Below, piece after piece: positions 54,401-64,000 of a DNA stretch of 64,000 nt. How positions within the stretch are numbered: position 1 is the stretch's first letter; every line of letters begins with the position of its first letter. Under the pieces are notes generated by a model. That model did no database searches, had not been told where the DNA came from, and saw nothing but the letters and a program-made list of their open reading frames with translations. Both the position numbers and the translations under genes were made by a program. Source of the DNA: Malassezia furfur (taxonomy: Eukaryota); the NCBI GenBank assembly GCA_052055015.1, contig JBQJIT010000012.1. One strand, 5' to 3'.

Positions 54401-57400
54401 GAGGGCGATGTAGAGCACATTGACGGGCTCAGCGGCCTTGGGCGCAAAGTACTTCATCGCACCGTGCAGTGCCGTGGCGAGTTGCGAAAGATTGGCGCAG
54501 CTCGTCATCGCACCGAGACGCAGCTTGGGGCGCGTGCGGCGGTTCATGTGCTCGGCCAGGTCCGTAGTAGAGGCCTGGCGCTCCTTGTCCTTGGCGCGGT
54601 TCAGCAGCACGTCCTGCGACATCTGGAACTGCCAGGTGATCAGGGCGCGCGTCTCGTCGCCGCTGGTCGACTCGCTGGCAAAGTTGAACGAGACAATGTC
54701 GTAGGCACGGTAGGCGCGCATCACGTACGTCACCAGTGCCGCGTACGCCACTGCACGCTGGGGGTGCGCAAAGAAGGTGTTCAGCACGTCAAACACATTG
54801 TACGGCGTGTCGCTCAGCTCGCGCAGGACCGCCAGCGACGGTGCACGCACCTCGTCGCCCACCGCGTCGCCCGCAACACTAGCCGCAAGAATCTCCTCGA
54901 TCTGCGCCTGGCGGTCGCGCAGCGAGGGCAGCTCGGCGCTGAGCAAAATCTCGCGCGACTTGAGCGCCACGGGCGCCGCCTGCGGACTGCTCAGCTGCGA
55001 CAAGTTGCGCAGAACATTGACCATGCGCTGCGTCTGCTCCGTCTTGTTCACCATCCCCGTCGCCTTGACGTGGTGGTCGAGCAGCAGCAGCAGCAGATCG
55101 TTACTGCGACGCAGACCCGCGTGCGCAATCTGCAGCGCCACCACCTGGTTCAGGTCGCCCTCGACCGCCGCACGCAGGCGCAGTAGCGACTCGGGACCCG
55201 CAGCAAACTGCGTCTCCACAGCATAGTAGCGCTCCAGCAGCCGCGCGAGCGTCGTGATCTGGAAGTGGCGCAGCGAGCCCGAGCCGTAGGCATCGAGCAG
55301 CGTGTAGAGCGGCGTCACATTGGTCTCTAGGTTCATGCGCACCGTCGCGTCCGCCGTGTTGGCCACCGCCAAGTCGAGCTCGGCACGCAGCTGGTCGGCA
55401 GGGAAGGTGCCTTGGCCGGGTGCCACGGCGTCAAGCGTCGCACGCAGCGTGTCCTCCAGGCGGCCGGGCAGGCGGCCGTGCAGGCTCGCGAGGATTTGGA
55501 GCACCTGGTAGTACGGCAGCTGCGGGTCCGACATGGTCATCATCAGCTCGTTGACGCTCTCCGGAACGCGCTCCTGCTCGTCGTACCCGTCCAGCACCGA
55601 CTCAAGAACGCGCAGCGCGGCCTCAAAGCGCTGGTGCGGCTTCGAGCCGTGGATCTCCGGCAGGCCGTAGTCGGGCAGGCGCCCGTCGAACGGCACCGCA
55701 CGCTGGATCTTGCTGGCGTCGTCCACGGTGAGCACACCGAGCAGGTCACCGGGGTTGAGCGACACGCCAGGCGTCTTGACAAAGGTGATCAGGCCGTCTT
55801 CTTGCGCGAGGAGCGGCAGATACATCTTCATCACCTCAATCTCCGCAATCGTCTGGCCCGCTGTGACGTGGTCGCCACTCTCCACCAGCAGCCGGACGAG
55901 CTTTCCGGGCGACGGGCTGCAGATCTGCGTCGGGTCGTTCTCCTCCTCGATCACGCACGTGCGCCCATCGATGGTGAGGCGCGTCTGACCGACCTCGTCG
56001 AGCCAGTACGTGGGGTACGACTTGCCGGCCAGGCCGATCAGCAGACCTCCGTCCGACAGCGTGTGCAGCGACACGCGCGTCACACCGCCGTTCAGCTCAA
56101 GCGTCCAGTGGCCCGGCGACGCACGCGTCGCGGTGAAGCGGTACTTGTGGTTCTCGTAGATGAACTCCACTGGGAACGTGATCCGGATCGTATTGCGCGG
56201 TGGCACCTGGCCACGGTGCAAAATGCGCTTAAACTCTTCGACGCACTCGCTCGCCTGTGTATGCGCCTTGATCATCGCGCCGCAAATCACCGCGAGGTCG
56301 CGCGGCGGACGCTCGGCGGTAACCTGCTCCTGGATCAGCCCATCGAGCCAACCGGTGGTAATACGGTTTTCAGCAAAGGCCTCCATCTCAAGCAGCATGA
56401 TGAGGTACTCGACCGTGGTCCGGAACTCGCCACGGATCGAAATCTCTTTCAGACTGAAGACCATGTGCTTGCGCGCCTCTTCACGGTCCTTGCCGTACGC
56501 AAAGATGTGACCGAATTGCGAGTCGGCATACTCGTGCAGCGCACCACTGGTGCTCACGCTAAAGTAGCCCCACGTCGACGTGCTCGAGCGGAAGTTGAGC
56601 TCGGACAGGGAACCCACGCCGGGCTTGAAGCCCGTGTCAGGGTTCTCAGCGGTAATACGACACGCAATGACGTGGCCGTGCGGCTGCGGCTCGCGCTGCT
56701 CAGCGGTGCGCAGCGCGGGGTTGTTCTCGTCAAAGTCGATCGACGTCGTGCCCTCCATCTCAAGGCCATACAGCCGGCGGATCTCGGCAATACGGTTCAG
56801 CGGGATGCCCATGGCAATCTGCAGCTGCGTCGCGGGAATGTTGACGTCGGTCACCATCTCAGTGGTGGGGTGTTCGACTTGCAAGCGGGGGTTCAGCTCA
56901 AGGAATGCAAACTCGTCCGTGTCCGGCGAATAAAGCCACTCCACCGTACCAGCGGAGACGTAACCCACCAGCTTCGCAAGGCGCACCGCAGCTTGCTCCA
57001 TCTGCTTGCGGGCAAGGGGCGGAGCCACCGTCACGGGTGCCTCCTCAATGATCTTTTGGTGACGGCGCTGCACGGAGCAGTCGCGGCCGAACAGGCTAAT
57101 CGCATTGCCGTACTGGTCGGCAATCAGCTGCACCTCCAAATGCCGTGCCTGGCCGGCAAGCTTCATGATGAAGATGGGCGAGCCAGGAACCTCACCAACA
57201 GCGGCATGGTAGAGCTGCGAGAATTGCTCGGGCGCCATACACTTGCGAATGCCCTTACCACCACCGCCCTCGCTCGCCTTGATCATCACGGGGAAGCCAA
57301 TTTTGATGGCACAGTTGAGACCCTCCTCGGCGGAGTGCACACACGCACGCTGGTACACATCGTCCGACACGGTCAGGTACCCTTCCTTGCCGACCATTGT

Positions 57401-57993
57401 CTCCTTGATCCCGGTGCCCGACCACTGCAGGCACGGCACGTCAGCGTGCTGCGCGACGATCGTCGACGAAATTTTGTCGCCCAGCGACCGCATCGCCGAG
57501 CCGGGCGGACCGATAAAGAGGATGCGCGGCTCCAGACGCGCAAGCGACTCAGGCAGCCGGGGGTTTTCGGACGCATGGCCCCTGTCGTCAGTGGGTGTCG
57601 AACGTACCATCCTGCCCACACCGCATGCACACCGGCGCGTTCGGCAACGTCGACAATCAGCTCGACGTTTGCGTAGTTGTTGCCGTTCGGGCCGCCAGGC
57701 ACTTCGACGTAGTTGTCTGCCATCCGAATGTACTCTGCATTCACGCGAAGGTCTTCAGGCGTGGCCATCACGGTGAACTGGATGGCGCGATCGTCGCCAA
57801 ACGTCTGATACGCCCATTTGCGCACCGAACGGATCTCTTTCACGGCTGCAATACCGTTATTGCAAATGAGGATTTTCGTGATGACACTGTGACCACCGTG
57901 CGAGCGCACAAATTCAGTCACCATGCCCGGCGGGGCGTCGCGGAGCGTGGTCCCACCATAAAAATGCTCATCGACTTTTGGAAGCTCGGTCAT
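51428..57993 (-). CDS. ACC1: Acetyl-CoA carboxylase
   Basis: [25 protein letters not shown] (across intron 57582-57607), EVMKM biotinylation site, CT-domain [10 protein letters not shown]. Confidence 0.98.
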
Positions 57994-58555
57994 TTTCACA
58001 GAAAAGGCACGAGTTGGGGATGCTGGGTGTAGCACCTTGCGCCTCCTCGTGTATTTCCAGCGCGTCTAGACACGGTTCTGCTTCTGGGGATATGATCCAC
58101 TGCACGACGAAACCGCAGCCCAGAAGACGCCAAACCGGCTCGACTCAACAATGTTAGGAAGACCCTATGTTCGTGCGCGCGCGCCGCCTGTCACCGCCGA
58201 AAATAGCTTACGTGAATATTCCGGCGCCAACAGGGGCTTCACGGCCGACAATCCAGGCCCAGCAAATCGGAGTTCCGGATATCGGACGCGCCGCCTCGCC
58301 GCCCCCGCTCAATGTGACCAATCACTGGGGTAGAATTGGCCTCCCCGGAACCAGGGGTCACAGCGGGCGCCAGCCATGACCATACGCGGTCTCGAAAAAG
58401 CCAGTGCATACTACAGGTGTATTCGACATGCGCGTCGCGCCTTGGCAGGTACACAACGTCGGCGTACCCACAGGGACTATCCAACAGGCGCGCAGTGCCC
58501 AATTGCCCGTGAACACGCAGTAGATATTCGTCGATACGAAGCTTTTTAGCCCGAC

Positions 58556-59639
58556 TTAGTGCTTGCCAGCGTTCTTCGGTGGGTCGTACACAATCTTGCG
58601 GTTCATGATCGGCGACCACTTGAAACGCTTGGTCCACACGGCCAGAGCAAACATGCTCGAAAGAAGGATGATGGCACGGAAACCAGCGCGCTTGCGTTGG
58701 TCCTGCTCGGGCTCCGAAGCCCAGTGCCTGAACGGTCAGTCGAGTGCGGGCAACGTACAAGAAGGTGACGACGTCCTTGGCCATCTGGCTCGTCGTAGCC
58801 GGAGTACCGTCGGGGTATTCCACAATACCGTCAAACAGGACACGCGCCATGGCAATCTGGGTGCCCGGGAAGAACGGGTTGTAGTTGAGACCCTCCTGGA
58901 CGTTGAAGCCCGCAGGCGGGTCGCAGTAGCCGGTAAGCAGCGAGAAGACGTAGTCAGCACCACCGTGGCGAGCCTTGATGATCAGACTCAGGTCCGGCGG
59001 CAGAGCACCAGCGTTCGCAGAACGCGCGGCCTCCTCGTTGGGGTAGGGGCTCGGCAAATAGTCCGCAAGCTTACCAGGGCGCTGGAACATGTCACCATCG
59101 TCGTTCGGGCCGTCGGTGTATTCCACCTCGGAAGCCATGTCCTTGGCCTCGTCCACGGTGTGCGACACACCAACCAGGTTGCGCCAGGCAATGCGCTGCA
59201 GCGAGTGACAAGTCGCACACACCTCCTGGTACACCTGGAAGCCACGGCGGATCGACATGTGGTCGTAAGTGTCAAACCAGCCAAGCGACGACCAGCGGTA
59301 CGCAGGCGGGTGCAGGCCCTCCTCAGCAGGGCTGCTGGCGCTCAGCGAGTCCACGAAGGGAAGCTCGCCGTACACCTGCTGATACCAGACCACCGAGCCG
59401 ACAGCGACGGCGGTCGCGGCAATCGCCGAGGTGCGCGAAGTAAGCGCCGACTGCAGGATAAGCGTGCGCTTCGCATACGTACCGAAACCTTCGACTCAGC
59501 GCGAGTGGAAGCGAAACGAACCTGCGCGGTCAGCATTCCATCCGGCACCCTCGTATCAACGTACAGGCTGCGCGGGAGCCGCCTTGAACAGCGAGCGGGC
59601 CGCAACGGCACGGGCAGAAGAAGAGAACAGCTGCGCCAT
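58556..59639 (-). CDS. CYT1: Cytochrome c1, mitochondrial
   Basis: [16 protein letters not shown] heme motif, [29 protein letters not shown]. Introns 59522-59564, 59451-59482, 58728-58758. Confidence 0.96.
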
Positions 59640-59937
59640 ATTACAGTTAAGGTGCACGAGCAAGATACTTGGGGCTGGCGCTCCGCGTAATTGCCTTCAC
59701 CTCAATGGGTATGGATACAGTAAAACACGGGTCTCGCAAATTTCGGCCATTGCCCTCACTCCCACGGCTTCTTCGCCCGACTCGGTTTTCGCCAACCAGT
59801 CCAGCACGCGCCGATTTCCCATCGGCCGGTACGGCTGGACCAATCAGCGCACCAGCATTTCTAGGCGAGCCACGCACCGGAAGCGACCGGAAAGCGTGTG
59901 GAGGCCACGTGGAAGTCCTGACGCGAAGCGGCACACC

Positions 59938-60795
59938 ATGCCGAGCGTGCAAGAGCCAGTGCCGGGCGAGGCGTTTACGAGCGTGCGGTGCTTGCGCGAC
60001 GCAGCACCGACAGCGTGTTCGGCAGACATACTCCTTCCGGATGCACTGAGGGGACAGGGCCGCGAGGCATCCGCCTCGTCGGATGACGCGCGCATCCTGC
60101 AGCACCCTCTGGCCGCGCACGTCCCTCTTTGGACCGCGCACGTCCATCGCCTCGTCCAGTCATCCACGCAGCTTGCCCAGCTCTTCCCAGAGCTGTGGGG
60201 GCATACTGTGTGGAGTGTAGAGACCATCCTCACGTCTGACGCCGTTGCTCAGCTCTGGGAGCACGTCCAAACCATCCAGGGCACCGATACAGTGCAGCTC
60301 CGCGCCAGTCTCCGCCTTGCACAGGACGGCTCGTCTCGCGCAGTGGTGGCCGCATTTCCGCTCGAGAGTGTGGAGCCGGTCCCTGTGCGGCTCGATACCC
60401 AGCCGACTTCGCTCCAGAGGACGACCATCGCGCTCAAAACGGACCTGCGCGCAGAGTACGACACCAGTCGGCAGCGCGTGCATGCTGACCTTGCGGGCAA
60501 GCTCCCGAATACATGCTTCGACGCCTTGCTGTGGAAGGAAGGCTCCTCGGAGCGCGAGCGTTGGCTCACTGAGGCAAGCATTGCCAACATCGTGCTTCAC
60601 GTGCCGGGTCAGGGATGGTTTACCCCGCCTTTTGACGGCCTCTTGCCGGGTTTGCTTGTCCAGGAGCTGGTGCGCAGCGGTCGCGTACAGCAGCAGCCAC
60701 TTGCGGTGGATACGGTACGTGCACAGCTCGCGTCTGGCGCGCAGCTGTGGCTCGGAAATGCGGTCCGGGGACTATTTCCGGTGGTATGGGAGTAG
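59938..60795 (+). CDS. PLP-dependent aminotransferase class IV, aminodeoxychorismate lyase (Abz2)-like
   Basis: H..RL, LKTDLRAEYD, DALLW, TEASIANI, WFTPP..GLLPG, LGNAVRG. Confidence 0.75.
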   Translation: MPSVQEPVPGEAFTSVRCLRDAAPTACSADILLPDALRGQGREASASSDDARILQHPLAAHVPLWTAHVHRLVQSSTQLAQLFPELWGHTVWSVETILTSDAVAQLWEHVQTIQGTDTVQLRASLRLAQDGSSRAVVAAFPLESVEPVPVRLDTQPTSLQRTTIALKTDLRAEYDTSRQRVHADLAGKLPNTCFDALLWKEGSSERERWLTEASIANIVLHVPGQGWFTPPFDGLLPGLLVQELVRSGRVQQQPLAVDTVRAQLASGAQLWLGNAVRGLFPVVWE

Positions 60796-63128
60796 CTATT
60801 GTACATAGGCGTCCGCACGCAGCAGTGTTCCCACCTGCTTGCTCAGCGCCTGGCCAATCTTGCGCCGCGCAACGTATACGTCGTCATCAATGACTGCACT
60901 AAGGAAGTCGTCCGCAGCGCCGCCCGTTTGGGCCGCGTATGTGCGCCAGGCGCGATGCAGCGAAAGCGGCGTCGGCCAGCGTTGTACGATTTCCTGTGCC
61001 TTTTCAGGCGAAAGGCGGCGGATGCATAAGAGCATCTTGGTCCAGACATCTTGCAGCGTGTTGGCTGCGCTGCCTTTGCCGTGCAGTGCCTGGAAGGTGT
61101 GGTAAGACGTGTGAAAAGGGGTATGTGACTGCTGCGCGCGTAGATGGCTCTGCAGCGTATCGTAGTGTTCACGATCGATCATTTCGTCGCGGATCACATG
61201 CAGCGGCTGGTGGGTATACATCTCGTGCAGGAGCCGGTTCACGTTGGCAAGGAAATCGGCGGTGCCTTCGTTGTTCGCCGAACGATGCACAAAAAAACCG
61301 TCGATGATCTGGGTGCTGCTCAACGCAGTTTGGATTCGGTCGCCGTGGCGTTGCACAAGGTTTGCAACGTCCACGTCCTCAATCAAGTAGAAGATCCGGC
61401 CCAACCCAGATGCGCGGAGACGTTGCTGCGTAAGAGACGCGTCGTACCTTTTGGTCATGCCAGCGCCCATCAAAGATACTCGACGTCAGGTCGTCCAGTC
61501 GCTTGCGCTCCACGACGGCATCTAGTACCACCTCCTGAACTAAATTCCATGGCTGTGCGTCTGATGGCGGCAGGTTCGGTTTAGGACGGGCGACCCAGAG
61601 AATGTCGCCTAGCTCCAGCGCACGCAACTCGCACTCCACGCCACGCCGGCGCATCGCCTCCTCAAACGTGACGCGGCGACCGGCGTCGGGGCCATGATGG
61701 GATCTGGAACGCACTTCCCGATGGTCCATGATCATGTGGATGGTATACGAGTCCGGCGGAAGACAAATGCACCCGAGCGGCGTCCGCGCAGACTCCGGCG
61801 CAGGGGGCACCAGCTCGGCGCCGTGCACACTGGGGCTCGAGCTGATCAGCGTAATGGACGACTGCCGGTTCGAAAGCGGCGAGTGGACCACCATGGGACT
61901 GGAGCGCGACCGGTCTTGAATAATTGGAGACGAGTCGATGAGCGAGATGCTGATGCGAACCGGTTCCATCGGCTGTGCAGAAGACACATGTTCGCTCGCA
62001 ACGTAAACGTCGTCTTGGGACGAGCGCACCAGGTCCACAACGACATGTTGGGTAGGCTCCAAATCCGGCTCCACCTCGATCCCATCGTCCACCGAGAGAC
62101 CCGATTGCGTCGACGTGGTTCGTTTCCAACTACGCCGCTCAGGCCCCTCGAGAAAGTGCTTGCGCGGCGGTAAGTAGAGCCGGTTCATGGGGCGCTCCGG
62201 TCCAGCGGACGTTTCCGGGGTCGTCTGCAAAACAGCTGGTGTCGGAGCAGGTGGAAGCTGCGAGGGTAGGTCCGGGGGTCGATCGTGCGAACGCCGTGGC
62301 TGCGACGCGGTGTCGCCAGACAGGGGATCGGCCGATGGAGTGGACGTAGTCGTGCCCGCCGCCGTCACTTCTGCCGCAGGGTTCGTCACGCCCTCGGCCT
62401 CAGCAAGTACGCGTGCAACACTCAAGCCTTGCTCGCTCAGGTAAAACAGGGGAGGGTTGCCGGAGCGGTAGACGTACGCCTTGTCGATCAAGGTCTTCAT
62501 GGCGCTCCATGCCGTGATATACGACCGCCGTGATTGCGTAAATTGGCTTCCAGAGCCACGGTGGGACAGAGAAGAGGGAGCGGATGTACGCGACCCACCG
62601 CCAGGCACCGTATAGTCACTGTCGCAAAAGGGCTGGGCCCGTGCGATCAGTTCGGCCTTGCCAACCTGTGCATCATCCTGCTGGTCTTCGAGGACCTTGG
62701 TAAAAATGCCCACAAGAATGCCATGCGCGCCAGAACGTGGCTCTGGAACATATTCCTTGCGTGGCCTTCGCGCCCGCGTCGTCGGCGCGGCTCGTGGGGG
62801 TCGTGAAGCAGCCTCGCTCGACCGCGACATCGATGCTGCATGAGCGGCGGCACGTACGTAGTTCTGGAATAGAGTGACCATGCTCCATGCACCATTGTGC
62901 GTACTCCTTTTCGAGTCGCTTGGCAATCGAGTCGCCAATGCCTGCGAGGCGCACCGTTTCGCGAGGGTGTATGAACGGCTCCGTGGCAGCGGCTAAGGAA
63001 CGGTGCGCCTTTTGGTAGGCAGAGGCCGCTTTCAATCCCTTGGAGCGCGCATCCTCGGCCCAGGTCCGCAAGAATTCAAGCCATACACAGTTGGGATGCA
63101 CGTCGGCACCATGTTCGTGCGCCTGCAT
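60796..63128 (-). CDS. MUS81: Structure-specific endonuclease Mus81
   Basis: N-terminal HhH (AYQKA..SL...LAGIGDSIA), YVPE.RSGA, ERCC4 domain LELGDILW..VERKRLDDL..SI.DGR..QK. Introns 62836-62857, 61426-61447. Confidence 0.94.
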
Positions 63129-63397
63129 ACCCTAAAGGAGAGACCAACGCGCGACGCGTTCTGTCACGTGCCGCTCGACGACTTGGTGCGGCGGCTTCGC
63201 ACGACGGTGGTAGTGCAAGGATGCGGTTCAGCCAGACGGCTGCGCGGAGAGGATTGATCGTGTGCAAGGCTTTTATTTTAGATAGCACTGATATCACCAA
63301 GACCAAGCTTGGCGTGCTCTCTACCTAGAAAGATATGTGCCAACAAGAGCATAGAGAGTTTTCCGTGTGCATCAGCAGCAGTCTCTGCAAAACACAA

Positions 63398-63989
63398 TTA
63401 GTACAGAGGAATGAAGCGGCTCCTGTGGTTAGCACATCGCTGCAGGCGAGTACGTACGCATCCTTGCCCAGGCTACCCTTGCCGTGGCGCGTGGGGATGT
63501 AGCTGATAGCCAGCTCACCAAGGTAGTGGCCGGTCATCTCGGGCTTGATCTCAACGGTGGTGAAGACCTGTACGTTAGCAAACATGTTCTGGCGCTTCAG
63601 TACAAACCTTGCCGTTGTAGATACCAATGACGGAGCCGATCATCTCGGGGACCACAATCATGTTACGCAGGTGCGTGCGGACCACCGCGGGCTTCTCGTT
63701 AGGGGGAGTCTCCTTCTTCGCCTTGCGCAGCTTCTTGATCAGAGCCATGGGGCGGCGGGTGAGACCACGCTGGAAGCGCCTGCGGGCGCGAGCGTGGACG
63801 AGCTTGACAAAGTCCTCGTTGGGCATGTCCAGCAGCTGGTCGAGCTCCACGCCGCGGTACTGGAACTTCTTGAAGGTCCTCTTGCGCTTCAGCTCAGCGG
63901 CGGCAGCAGCGTCGTAGTCATCCCTGTGTATGGTCAGTATACTGTTCACAAGACGAGGCGCGGGTCGGCCTGCGCTCCGGTACGCACAT
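63398..63989 (-). CDS. RPS15: 40S ribosomal protein uS19 (S15)
   Basis: [54 protein letters not shown]. Introns 63924-63987 (splits AT|G), 63568-63607, 63423-63457. The 5' end is at the window edge. Confidence 0.95.
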
Positions 63990-64000
63990 CTTCGGTGAGT

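Noticed and set aside
51419..57676. Long + strand ORFs (855, 365 and 754 aa)
   Set aside because: Antisense shadows of ACC1.
58303..58368. Hairpin with internal loop between ACC1 and CYT1 (CCCGC/UGUGACC/CUGGGG arms), plus inverted repeat at 58081-58127
   Set aside because: No correctly spaced H or ACA box and no rRNA target found; could be chance in GC-rich UTR or promoter DNA.
58239..58555. C-terminal extension of the CYT1 ORF
   Set aside because: Artefact of the unspliced intron 58728-58758; the spliced protein ends at 58556.
1..64000. Secondary-metabolite cluster, transposon or horizontally acquired island
   Set aside because: No PKS/NRPS, transposase, RT, terminal repeats or compositional island seen; the genes are unrelated housekeeping functions.

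Overview
Gene-dense, GC-rich eukaryotic (fungal) DNA. The gene set, the compaction and the tiny GT-AG introns point to a basidiomycete yeast, most likely Malassezia (inference; species not determined). About 40 mostly housekeeping protein genes can be reconstructed, including SEN2, KEI1, an FxFG/RanBD nucleoporin, GCD6, PGK1, AMD1, SPC34, POL1, SCM3, DAO, TIM23, TYR1, SSO1, PRP28, ACC1, CYT1, MUS81 and ribosomal proteins. No transposons, tRNAs, rRNAs or CRISPR arrays were seen. Main highlights: (1) dozens of ultra-short introns, mostly 21-26 nt; (2) two H/ACA snoRNAs whose guide pockets match known 18S pseudouridine sites (an snR49-like RNA and a SNORA42/80-like RNA starting a few nt after the KEI1 stop); (3) an unexplained, highly structured ~430-nt candidate ncRNA at 32460-32895 with a 3' three-way junction, an Sm-like site and a terminal hairpin; (4) a spliced 109-aa Cys-rich gene absent from the ORF track; (5) operon-like gene spacing and recurrent CACGTG promoter boxes. 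All gene models and RNA structures were derived by eye; no database search was run.
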